Below are positions 38,711 through 48,107 of a DNA stretch of 64,000 nucleotides, piece by piece. The translations under genes were made by a program, and so were the position numbers. The stretch lies in contig JAHJIY010000085.1 of the NCBI GenBank assembly GCA_018823175.1, positions 8,396 through 72,395 on the forward strand, given 5' to 3'. Source of the DNA: Pseudomonadota bacterium. GTDB lineage: Bacteria; Desulfobacterota; Desulfobulbia; Desulfobulbales; JAHJIY01. Each line of letters starts with the position of its first letter. Position 1 is the stretch's first letter. The notes below the pieces were generated by a model. That model did no database searches, had not been told where the DNA came from, and saw only the letters and a list, made by a program, of their open reading frames with translations.

Positions 38711-39745
38711 TTATTTAAGCATGGATTTTTTGAAAAGTAGTTCGTAGGCGCTACGATATTCCTTGGCGGCGTCATCGATTTGTTTTTGTTCTTCAAGCAG
38801 GGTGGCCAGGATATAATGCAGGTTGGCATCCCTTGAGCTGCGCAGCATTAGAAATTTGAGATCGTCAATCGCTTCGCCCGGGTTGCCTTCTTTGGCTTTG
38901 ACTCGGGCCCGGCAAATCTGACCGTCTAGTGAGTCCGGGTTGAGTTTCAGACTTTTGGCCAGAGATTCTTTGGCTAAATCAATTTTATCGATGTCAATAT
39001 AAAGGCAACCCAGTTGCTCGTGGGCTTCGGACATATTCGGTTCAAATTCGACCGCTTTATTAAATTCGATAATCGCCGCGTCCGGCTGGCCCCGCTGGAT
39101 CATGGTCAGGCCCATATGCATGTGGCGTTTGGCGTCTTTTTCTTCCTTGGATTTTTCGACCATTTGAGGGCGTAGCTCCTCTTCGACCTGGGCGCGGGTT
39201 TTTTCGCCCAGCATAACCTCGATTTCGCCTTTCAGTCTTTTGGGAAGGTCACGGCTGTAACCCATGCCGGCCACGACCTTGCCCTGTAGGTCGACCAGCA
39301 TGATCGAAGGCATGACAAAAATGCCTAGTTCACCGTAGGCTTTACGGTCAGGATCCAGATATACCGGCATCGAAAATTCGGCGGCGGCCAGCACTTCGTC
39401 AATAACCTCGGGGCCGTCATTTTGAATATCTATGCTCAGTAGTTGTATTTTTTTATCTTTTAAAAAAGGAGAGAGTTTTTTGATGACTTTGAGGGTGTCG
39501 ATTGAACGTTTTTTCTTGGTAGGAATATCGGCCCCCCAGAAGACCAGCATCGCGTTGTTGTTGCGTAGCTGTTCCAGGGTCATTTGCTGACTGGACTTAT
39601 ATTCGGTCAGGGTGACGGTAGGCAGAGGATCGCCGGGATTAACCGCCCGGAAAGGAAAAGAATTTGCTTCACCGGTACCGTTAAGGAACAAAAGAAATGA
39701 AATAATGCCAACCACCAATGCCGACAAATGTAATCTGTTGCCCAA
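38711..39745 (-). CDS. Exported redoxin-fold (no CxxC) + TPR protein
   Basis: PGDPLP..TL, LVFW, VYLDPD..AY..LG..VMPS.MLVD..GKV thioredoxin/TlpA-like fold with GADIP in place of CxxC; 3-4 TPRs. Confidence 0.75.
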   Translation of the reverse strand: MGNRLHLSALVVGIISFLLFLNGTGEANSFPFRAVNPGDPLPTVTLTEYKSSQQMTLEQLRNNNAMLVFWGADIPTKKKRSIDTLKVIKKLSPFLKDKKIQLLSIDIQNDGPEVIDEVLAAAEFSMPVYLDPDRKAYGELGIFVMPSIMLVDLQGKVVAGMGYSRDLPKRLKGEIEVMLGEKTRAQVEEELRPQMVEKSKEEKDAKRHMHMGLTMIQRGQPDAAIIEFNKAVEFEPNMSEAHEQLGCLYIDIDKIDLAKESLAKSLKLNPDSLDGQICRARVKAKEGNPGEAIDDLKFLMLRSSRDANLHYILATLLEEQKQIDDAAKEYRSAYELLFKKSMLK

Positions 39746-40303
39746 AGTTTCCCCCCCTTTGATGCGTTATTGTCTTGGCCGGTATCTCGTAAATTTATGA
39801 AATAGCCGCTATTTTTGTAAGACGTATATTTATTTTTGGTGAAACTATAATTGTAAATATATCAGTTGTTTGCCTGTCGGAATCTCGTAAGTGCGAAGTC
39901 AAGAAAAAGCAGCATAAGCAGGCAAAACCTTATTTAAGACTTGCAGAATCTAGCATGTAAATATTTCTTTGTCAAAGATACTTTTAGTTGATCAGTTGGA
40001 TGCAAAGACTGTTAACAAATTGAGAAACGGTGATTTTTTATGGAAATCCTTTCAATCAAAGTGTGCTGCGAATAGAATTGCGATTGACTTGCCTTGTTCT
40101 GGTAATATATATTTTTGATTTTTGGAGGCGTAAGCGACCTTTTGAAGTATTTAGTACTTTGTAATGTGGCGGGGACCTTTATGGTTATGCCAATATTTTT
40201 GGACTTCAAAAAAGAATGAAAGTCTGGTTTATTAAATGATTCTGGACAGAAATGAATCGTTGATTATGAAGTTTGAGAAATTCATGAAGTGAGATAAATA
40301 TTA

Positions 40304-41983
40304 ATGCCGGTAGATTCTTTAAAAAACAGTTGTCCTGCCTGGGTCGGGCACCTGGTATTTTTATTAATATTGGCGGTGGTCACCGGTGTTGCTTACAGTA
40401 ATTCACTTTTTTCACCGTTTGTTTTTGATGATTTAGTTAATATTGTTGATAAGTCCACCATGCAGATGACCGCTCTTACCTGGAAAAGTATGCAGCGGGC
40501 AGCGGCGGAAGGAGTTTGCGCTAAGCGCTGGTTGCCGAACTTGAGTTTCGGCCTCAATTATTATTTTCATGGCTATGAGGTTTTTGGCTATCACCTGGTT
40601 AATCTGGCGGTTCATCTGTTGACCGCCTATTTATTCTATGGTTTCTCCTTTACCACTCTGACTTTACCTCAGATCGGCTTTAAACCCCGGGTGGCGGTTG
40701 AACTTTCGTTAGTCGCCGCACTGCTCTGGGCGGTCCATCCGTTGCAGACCAATGCCGTGACCTATCTGGTCCAGCGGATGACCAGTATGGCCGCCTTTTT
40801 TTATCTGGCCGCCCTGCTTTGTTATGTTCGGGGCCGTCTTGTCTTTCTGGCTAATCGCTTATTACCAGAAAAACAAAACCATTTCGCGCCGGCTGCCATC
40901 ATTTTCCCCTTTTTTCCACTCCGCTCATATCTCTGGTGGACCGGTAGTCTGCTTTGCGGCCTGGCGGCCATGCTCAGCAAGGAAAACAGCGCCATGCTGG
41001 TGTTGATTATTCCGGCCTATGAATTTTATTTTCTGCGGGAGCAGACGGTAAAACCTGATTACAAAAAAATAATCCCGGCCCTGCTCATAACCTTTACTGT
41101 CTTATTTGTAGTCGGTTGGCTTTATCTGGGCACAAATCCATTTACCGCGATTACTCATGGTTTTGGGGGCAGGGATTTCACTATGTTGGAGCGGCTGTTA
41201 ACCGAGAGCAGAATCATCTTTCATTATCTGAGCCTGATCTTGCTGCCTCTGCCTTCCCGGCTGAATCTGGCCTACGATTATCAGATTTCTCACTCCCTGC
41301 TGGTGCCGCCTCAGACCTTGCTTGCCCTCCTGGGGATCATCGGCCTGCTGGTCTTGACCGCATACCTGTTTAAACGGCATAAATTACTGTCCTTTGGTCT
41401 TTTCTGGTTTCTGGCCAATCTGGCGATTGAATCAACCATCATTCCGCTGGAGCTGATCTTTGAGCATCGGCTTTATCTGCCCTCCACCATGCTGATCCTG
41501 GCCCTGGTGGTCGGCCTGGCTCAAATCTTTAGAGAGCGTCAAGTTATGCGACGCCTCTTTTTGGCGGTGTTGATTGTGCTACTAGGCCTGGGCACCTGGC
41601 AGCGCAATAAGGCCTGGGCCAGTGAGATCAGCCTCTGGTCTGATGTGGTAAAAAAATCCCCCAACTTGAGCCGAGGATATGATTATCTAGGCCGGGCTTA
41701 TAATATAGCGGAGCGCTATCAGGATGCCTTTGATGTATATCAGGATGCGGCTCGGCGGGGAATTGATGAAGTCGGAATTTACAACAACTGGGGGAAGGCT
41801 GCTTTTAATCTTGGCAAGATCGACCGGGCGGTAGATTTATTGGAGCATGCTGTGCAATTGGAACCACGGCACTCGGAGAGTCATTATAATTTAGGAGTTG
41901 CTTATGGTACTCTGGGGCGGCAAGATGAGGCCCGCCGGGAGATGGCGTTGGGAATGAAGTTGAATGAGTTAAAACAACGATAG
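40304..41983 (+). CDS. TMTC-like GT-C membrane glycosyltransferase with C-terminal TPRs (copy B)
   Basis: FVFDD, HPLQTNAV, SKE and EHRLYLP motifs; core nearly identical to copy A; about 3 TPRs. Confidence 0.8.
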   Translation: MPVDSLKNSCPAWVGHLVFLLILAVVTGVAYSNSLFSPFVFDDLVNIVDKSTMQMTALTWKSMQRAAAEGVCAKRWLPNLSFGLNYYFHGYEVFGYHLVNLAVHLLTAYLFYGFSFTTLTLPQIGFKPRVAVELSLVAALLWAVHPLQTNAVTYLVQRMTSMAAFFYLAALLCYVRGRLVFLANRLLPEKQNHFAPAAIIFPFFPLRSYLWWTGSLLCGLAAMLSKENSAMLVLIIPAYEFYFLREQTVKPDYKKIIPALLITFTVLFVVGWLYLGTNPFTAITHGFGGRDFTMLERLLTESRIIFHYLSLILLPLPSRLNLAYDYQISHSLLVPPQTLLALLGIIGLLVLTAYLFKRHKLLSFGLFWFLANLAIESTIIPLELIFEHRLYLPSTMLILALVVGLAQIFRERQVMRRLFLAVLIVLLGLGTWQRNKAWASEISLWSDVVKKSPNLSRGYDYLGRAYNIAERYQDAFDVYQDAARRGIDEVGIYNNWGKAAFNLGKIDRAVDLLEHAVQLEPRHSESHYNLGVAYGTLGRQDEARREMALGMKLNELKQR

Positions 41984-41997
41984 GAATATACCGCTAA

Positions 41998-44187
41998 ATG
42001 CAAAACTTCGAGAAAATTTTGACCAAAAAATCAACCACAGTCTTTTTGCTCTTGTTGATTATGAGTGTCGGATTTTACGTAAGGTTTGATAATTTAAGCT
42101 ACTGGTACCAGCATAAAGATAATTTCTTTTTTGCCTCATATTCGTTACCCGCCACAATAAATATCGATTCATACTATTATCTGGACATTGCCGGTGATTT
42201 ACTGCACGGGGATATGCAAAAGTTTGACGACCAGCGCTGTTTCCCTGCCGGGTCAGTAAGGCAGTCCTCGGCCCCATTACTGTCTGTTCTTCTGGCAGGA
42301 TTAAGTTTTTTACTGGATTTTCCTCTCGAATGGGTTGCGGTTATTCTCCCCCCTTTTCTTGGTATCCTTCTGGTGATCCCTACCTATTTTTTAGGATATA
42401 CGCTGGCTATTAATACTAAAATGCCCTGGGGCCGCAAAAGGACCATTAGTCCGGTCGAGGCAAAGATCGCAGGTTTCTGTGCGGCCTTCTTTGCGGTACT
42501 TTCACCCGTTTATATTGAACGGTCATCGCTTGGCTGGTGCGACACCGATATCCTGAATGTTACCTTTCTGACGAGTTGTATTCTTTTTGCCCTTCGTAGT
42601 TACACGGGCCAAGCAAAGAATGAGCAAGTCAGATTTCTGGCGTTATTTGGGTTGGCTTTTCTGCTTTTTGTCTGGTGGTGGGACCAGGCAGTCGGCCCGG
42701 TTATGGTCTTGAGCGGGGGTGTGTTGCTGTTGCTGTTGCTAATGACTTTTTATGAAAACAGAAGAAGGTTCCTCAGTTATCTGCCCGTTCTGGCAGTAAT
42801 TTTATTCGGAATGATCATTTGGAAAGGAGAGTTTTTAGTTACGATCCACCATAGTATTTTAAATACCTTAAAATACGTGATGGGCGCAGAAAGTAATTCT
42901 GTCTTTCCGCCTTTGGCGGAATTTGTTTTGGAACAAGTGGGGATTTCTTTCCAGGCGGTTGCGATTAGAGTTGGCGGTAGTATTTTCAATTATACCATTT
43001 CAATTATCGGTCTGGTTTTTCTGGCTTTAATCTCCTGGAAAAAGTCTATATTTTTACTCCCCTTGATTGCCTTAAGTATCTTGTCTTTTGAAGTTTCCAG
43101 ACTGAATATCTTTGTCGCCCCATTGTGCGGTCTGGGGCTTGGTTTTGTCGCGGTCGCCCTTTTTAAGTCCGGATATTTGCCTGATCGGGGGAAGCTTGTT
43201 TTTTTGGCTTTTTTTATCCTTTTTTTCAGTTGGTTCCCGATAGTTGAAGCGCAGAAGTATAATTTTATTCTTCCGGCCCTTGATCCAAGCTTATATGAGG
43301 CCATGGGGGATCTGGCGGAAGATACTCCTGAGGATAGCGTGATCTGGTCATCATGGGGTCATGGCCATCCCCTGGTCTTTTACTCTAAAAGAAAGACGAT
43401 CAGTGATGGTGTTTTTCATCCGTCGTCACTGCTTTATATTTCATTTTTTCCTTTGGCCACTGATAACTTTAGGTTATCGGCCAATTGGATCCAATTCTAT
43501 ACGGTCAATGGCCAAAATGGTTTGGCCAAGATCTTTAAAGTGCTTACCGGTGCGACCGATGACTGGGGCCAGGGTGGACCTAGACTCCAGGAATTATTAG
43601 GGGCAGGAGTTGAGGTTAGCAAAAATATCTTAAAGGAAAAATATCAGAAAACACCCGCCGAAATCGAGGAGCTGCTTGCTTTCTTGTTTCCCGTCGATTG
43701 TCCGCCGGTTTATCTTTTTCTGGACTATAAACTGGTTGGCGAGAAATGGTATTTTCTGGGGAAGTGGGATTTGGCCAACAGGTCAGGTCCTCCCCCTTAT
43801 ACGATGCTTCCCGTTTATTCATTTGAACAAAGCGGCAAAGACATGATAACGGGCCGGGGTAAAACCGGTAATTTCATGGTGAATCTCAATAACGGGGAAG
43901 GGCGGTTCAACACGACGCCATTAAGTTTTATTGATATAAATTATGAACTGGGCGGTAAACTCCATGAAAGGGTTTACCCGTGGAGAAAAAAAGGGCATGT
44001 CCTCTATCTGGTCCAAAATGATGAGAAAAAGGTCCAATTTGGAGTACTGGCAGATCATCAAACTGCCAGCTCTGTTCTCCTTAAACTCTTTTTTGAAAAG
44101 AAATTTGATCAGGAATATATCCTGCCGGTCAAATCTCAACTGCCTTTGTATCTGATCTGTAAAGTTGTCGGCGAAAAATATTTCTAG
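41998..44187 (+). CDS. STT3/PglB/AglB-family oligosaccharyltransferase-like protein
   Basis: DSYYY, RSSLGWCDTD (R...DxD), FVLE, SRL and VIWSSWGHGHP....RKTISDG at the positions of the PglB catalytic and WWDxG motifs; about 13 TMs plus a periplasmic domain. Confidence 0.8.
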   Translation: MQNFEKILTKKSTTVFLLLLIMSVGFYVRFDNLSYWYQHKDNFFFASYSLPATINIDSYYYLDIAGDLLHGDMQKFDDQRCFPAGSVRQSSAPLLSVLLAGLSFLLDFPLEWVAVILPPFLGILLVIPTYFLGYTLAINTKMPWGRKRTISPVEAKIAGFCAAFFAVLSPVYIERSSLGWCDTDILNVTFLTSCILFALRSYTGQAKNEQVRFLALFGLAFLLFVWWWDQAVGPVMVLSGGVLLLLLLMTFYENRRRFLSYLPVLAVILFGMIIWKGEFLVTIHHSILNTLKYVMGAESNSVFPPLAEFVLEQVGISFQAVAIRVGGSIFNYTISIIGLVFLALISWKKSIFLLPLIALSILSFEVSRLNIFVAPLCGLGLGFVAVALFKSGYLPDRGKLVFLAFFILFFSWFPIVEAQKYNFILPALDPSLYEAMGDLAEDTPEDSVIWSSWGHGHPLVFYSKRKTISDGVFHPSSLLYISFFPLATDNFRLSANWIQFYTVNGQNGLAKIFKVLTGATDDWGQGGPRLQELLGAGVEVSKNILKEKYQKTPAEIEELLAFLFPVDCPPVYLFLDYKLVGEKWYFLGKWDLANRSGPPPYTMLPVYSFEQSGKDMITGRGKTGNFMVNLNNGEGRFNTTPLSFIDINYELGGKLHERVYPWRKKGHVLYLVQNDEKKVQFGVLADHQTASSVLLKLFFEKKFDQEYILPVKSQLPLYLICKVVGEKYF

Positions 44188-44232
44188 TTGTTGTCTTGCA
44201 GGGATTGGTGTTTGTCAGAATTTTATATGTTA

Positions 44233-45156
44233 TCAGTCAACCGGGGTGGTCAGCAAGTCGGCAAGCTTTTGTTCAAGCAAGGTCTTGATTCCGTAGGATG
44301 CGGCCTCGACATAAAAAGGGGAAGCGGACGACTTCATGATATACTCACCATCATTTCCCGGTAATTCCCAAATCAGCAGTTTAATTATATTTTCTTTAGT
44401 TGTCAGCTTCAGGGTGGTTAACGGTTCTCCGGTGGGGTAGTCATTTTTATTGAGCACTACCCCGGTCAACAAGATCTGGCCGGCCTGGTCAATAAAATCC
44501 TGGACCTTGGCCGCTGCGAGCTGGCCGACGTCGGTGTGCCAGACATTTTCCGTCTTTTTTAAAGTGAAAGAACCATGACTGTTTTGTAGTTCCACCTTGT
44601 TTAATTCATCCGGGGAAAGATTAATATATTTGTTCTGCCACCATGACTCGTGATCGGTTGTTACCTCCCAGGTTGAAAAGTCGTGGGCCAGATAGACATT
44701 ATCACTGTTGCCGTTGCGCAGATGGATGGTTTGGTAATTGGGCGCCGTTCCCAGATAAAGGGTGGTGGCTGCGGAGTTTTCCGGGATGATTTTAAGCCGC
44801 CGGCTGAATTTATTATCCTCCACCTCCAGGCGGTCATGGCTGGCCTTGGTCCGGGTGACAAGTCGGGTAGATTTTAGTGTGGCGACTTTTTTGAGCAGCT
44901 CTTCGATCTTCTCGGGGTCGGCCGGAAAGGGCACGCCCGGTTCAAGTTCCAGGCTCCAGTTGTTTTGGTTTTTGGTTAAGGTTAGTGTTTTGCCTTGGTC
45001 ATCGGTTATTTCCAGGCTTTTTACCGCGCCGGTTTCGAGGCCGGTGAAGAGGTCTGTGGTTGGCGGGGCACTGATTTTCCCTGGTCGATAGATATAACCG
45101 ATAACCATGATCTGCAGGATCATGAGGGCGGCCAATAGTTTGTTGCGGTTGTTCAT
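44233..45156 (-). CDS. DUF4340-domain protein (Gld-like ABC system accessory)
   Basis: N-terminal anchor; repeated .L.K....W......PAD and TLYLG..P.....LR motifs; coupled to the upstream ABC genes. Confidence 0.75.
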   Translation of the reverse strand: MNNRNKLLAALMILQIMVIGYIYRPGKISAPPTTDLFTGLETGAVKSLEITDDQGKTLTLTKNQNNWSLELEPGVPFPADPEKIEELLKKVATLKSTRLVTRTKASHDRLEVEDNKFSRRLKIIPENSAATTLYLGTAPNYQTIHLRNGNSDNVYLAHDFSTWEVTTDHESWWQNKYINLSPDELNKVELQNSHGSFTLKKTENVWHTDVGQLAAAKVQDFIDQAGQILLTGVVLNKNDYPTGEPLTTLKLTTKENIIKLLIWELPGNDGEYIMKSSASPFYVEAASYGIKTLLEQKLADLLTTPVD

Positions 45157-48107
45157 CTTGCATGCTCCTCGTCGGCAAGTTCCATTGGTTTTTCACGTCT
45201 GATCTTAAGCGCGCCGTAAATGCTGACCCCGGCCAGGGCCAGTAGGGCCAGGCCGTAGTTCAGCCATTCCCAGAAGGTTTGGGTTGTTCGGGTCAGGGGG
45301 CTGAGCAGTCTGGCACGGGTGCCGCGAGACCTGATCATCAATAAATCATCATCGGCCACCGACCAGTCGATCGTGTTTTGCAGGAACGAAAGACCGTTTA
45401 AGAAACGCTCCTGGCCCATGGACTGGGACATGGAGATAATCGTGTCGTTAATAAATTCCGAACAGCCGATTACCGTAAGTCGGGAGGTGGCTGATGATCT
45501 TTTGATGATCGGGGTGGCGGCAAGCATTTGCCGGTGGTCCTCATCGTCTTTTTCTTCGGGTAGATCCGAGGAGAGATCCTCGTCCATCACTTCGGTTTCC
45601 TCGATTTTTGCATCTTTAATTTCCGTGTTCTCACTCAGGCGGGGATCCGGCTGGTTGGCAAAGAAACTGCTGAATTCACCCTGGACCGAGACGGCCAGAA
45701 TTTGGCTGGCCATCTGCTCGGAGGATGGAAAACCGAATTTGGGATAGAGGCTGAAATTGGGCTGGATATCGGTACTGTCGCGCAGCCAGGAGTCGGGGCT
45801 TGATTTTAAAAGGGTCGTTAGTTTACGGCTGGAATTCTTTTCCTGGTCGATGGTCATGGGCGAAACCCAGTTCATGGTGACCGCCGGCAGGGCGGCGACA
45901 ATCGGGCTTTGACGGTCCATGCCGTCACTTCTGACATCGACAAAGAAGGGATAGTCCAGCAGCTGGATTTCCTGGACCATGAAACCACCCAGGTTACGGT
46001 TGACCGGCACCGGGAATGGTTCGTTTCTCTGGTCGAGGACCAGGGTTTTTTCAATCTTAATTCCGTAATGGGTAAGGATCTCGGCCAGACCTTCTTTTAC
46101 TTCCTTAATGTTTAAAGAGCGGGATTCCGGAGTGATGTCGAGCTGGTAGCTGCCGGCCAGGGCAACCACCGCGCCGCCGCGCATCAGATATTGGTCCACC
46201 GCCAGTTTTTGCAGGGCCGTCATGTCCTGGGGGGCGACCAGGAGCAGGACGTCTATCTCCCCAGGCACCCGGCCATCGGCCAGATCAACCTCTTGCAGGT
46301 TATAGTTTTCCCGGATGATTTGCTGGAAGATCCGGTAGCTGTTGCCTTGCGGCGCCTGGGGTTGGTACATGGACATTTGCGGCCCGGCCGTTTTCGGCAG
46401 CCAGAGACCGACCGTCTTCATGAAGCCGGAAGAATGTCGTTTGAGGGCTGCTTCCACTTCCCGGCGGATTTCGGCCTTGCCCATTTCCCCATCAAGATAG
46501 ATCGGTTCGCTCTTCTCGCCGGTTGTCATCAGCAGGTGCAGATAAAAAGTCTGGTCGGAGAAGATGGAAACGGGCAGCGGGTCTATGTCATATAATTCCT
46601 TGATCTTCTGGGGTCCTAATCCGGCGCCGGGGTCAGGAGAAATTTCTTCAAAAATGATTTTATGGTTGGATTCTTGGCTCAGTTCCGTCGCTGCCTGCCG
46701 GAGATTGGTCGCCATTTCCTGCAGATAGTCCGGCAGGTTGGTTGCCGAGATGATCGCGGTCAGCTTAACCTCTTGGGGCAGGTTGGCCAGAACGCCGCTT
46801 AGACTCTGGAAACCATAGACCACTTTTTTAATTGATTTGGTCAGATCATATTCCAGATTGCGCAGTCCGACGTCAAGCTGATTGCCCGGTCTGGGTTGGA
46901 CCTCGATTAAATCGTTGAAACCAAGGGTGACGAATTGATCGCCATATTTGATCAGGATATTGAAGTAGGAGTTGACCACCGAGGCTTCGTAACGGCCGGC
47001 AATCTGAAAGGGCACCGGTTTGATCCCGTATTGCTGGTTGGCTTCCATTTCGATTTCTTCATTGAACCGTGGGTCGATAAATGAAACCTCAATCCGGCCA
47101 TTGCCGGCGATCCGGTATTCCTCCATCAGGTCTTTAATTCTGGGGACCAGCGGCGCCAGCAGGGGGTGGGTCTTTTCGCTGAAATAACCACGCAGAATCA
47201 AGGGCTCCTCAAGGTTGGCCAGTAGATCACGGCTGGTTGCGGAGATTGAATATTCCTGATCCTTAGTCAAATCAATTCTGGCCACATGGATATGGTTCAG
47301 CCAGATATTGAATGCCAGCAGGTTGGCTCCTAAAAGCCAGAGGGCGATAATGGCGTTTCTGCGGTGTGAGGCGGTATTGGCCCCGGTACTCCATCCTTGT
47401 TTATCCAGGGACAAGATGTTGAGGTAGATAAAAAATAAGGAAAGGGAGCCGTAATAAGAAAGATCGCGCAGATCGATGACGCCTCTTTCAATGCTGGCAA
47501 ACCGACTGCCGGAGCCAAGGGCCCGGAAGAATTCTCCGGCTGCATTGCCCATCAGGCCGGTAATCCCGGCAGAACCGATCAGGTAAAGGATGCCGCAGAG
47601 GATCACGGTCACAATCAGGGCGATGATCTGATTGTCGGTTTTTGAAGAGACATATAAGCCGATGGCAATGTAAGCAGAGGCCATCAGCATGGCGCCCAGG
47701 TATCCCCCGAAGACCGGCCCCCAGTCGATATCACCCAGAAAAGAGACGGTCAAGGGCAGGCCGAGAGTCAGGGCCAGGGAGATGGCGAGCAGGATGTTGA
47801 CCGCCAGAAATTTACCCAGGACCAGATGCGACAGCCGCACCGGCAGGGTAAGTAGAATTTCCAGGGTTCCCATTTTTTGCTCTTCGCTCCATTGCCGCAT
47901 GGTCAGGGCCGCGACCAGGAAAATCATCAAGAGCGGCATCCAGCGGAACAGGGGACGGATGTCGGCAATGTTGCGGGCAAAGAATGTTTCCACCCAGAAA
48001 AACGAGAACAGGGCCGACAACAGAAAGGCGCCGATGAAAATAGCGGCCATCGGCGAGCCGAAATAGGCCTTTAATTCTTTTTTGGTTATGGCCAGGATCT
48101 GTTTCAT
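45153..48107 (-). CDS. Fused GldF-like ABC permease + GldG-like auxiliary domain
   Basis: KKELKAYFGSP, MRQWSEE.K.GTLE.LLT.P and VLGKF (GldF-like), then DLTKDQEYSIS, DQYLMRGG and NTIDW...D.L..IRSR (GldG-like). Confidence 0.85.
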   Translation of the reverse strand: MKQILAITKKELKAYFGSPMAAIFIGAFLLSALFSFFWVETFFARNIADIRPLFRWMPLLMIFLVAALTMRQWSEEQKMGTLEILLTLPVRLSHLVLGKFLAVNILLAISLALTLGLPLTVSFLGDIDWGPVFGGYLGAMLMASAYIAIGLYVSSKTDNQIIALIVTVILCGILYLIGSAGITGLMGNAAGEFFRALGSGSRFASIERGVIDLRDLSYYGSLSLFFIYLNILSLDKQGWSTGANTASHRRNAIIALWLLGANLLAFNIWLNHIHVARIDLTKDQEYSISATSRDLLANLEEPLILRGYFSEKTHPLLAPLVPRIKDLMEEYRIAGNGRIEVSFIDPRFNEEIEMEANQQYGIKPVPFQIAGRYEASVVNSYFNILIKYGDQFVTLGFNDLIEVQPRPGNQLDVGLRNLEYDLTKSIKKVVYGFQSLSGVLANLPQEVKLTAIISATNLPDYLQEMATNLRQAATELSQESNHKIIFEEISPDPGAGLGPQKIKELYDIDPLPVSIFSDQTFYLHLLMTTGEKSEPIYLDGEMGKAEIRREVEAALKRHSSGFMKTVGLWLPKTAGPQMSMYQPQAPQGNSYRIFQQIIRENYNLQEVDLADGRVPGEIDVLLLVAPQDMTALQKLAVDQYLMRGGAVVALAGSYQLDITPESRSLNIKEVKEGLAEILTHYGIKIEKTLVLDQRNEPFPVPVNRNLGGFMVQEIQLLDYPFFVDVRSDGMDRQSPIVAALPAVTMNWVSPMTIDQEKNSSRKLTTLLKSSPDSWLRDSTDIQPNFSLYPKFGFPSSEQMASQILAVSVQGEFSSFFANQPDPRLSENTEIKDAKIEETEVMDEDLSSDLPEEKDDEDHRQMLAATPIIKRSSATSRLTVIGCSEFINDTIISMSQSMGQERFLNGLSFLQNTIDWSVADDDLLMIRSRGTRARLLSPLTRTTQTFWEWLNYGLALLALAGVSIYGALKIRREKPMELADEEHAR

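Noticed and set aside
40012-40209. 65-aa ORF in the divergent promoter region
   Set aside because: TTG start, no SD and no recognisable motif
10400-44200. Island as a prophage or integrative element
   Set aside because: No integrase, transposase, tRNA att site or flanking direct repeats seen
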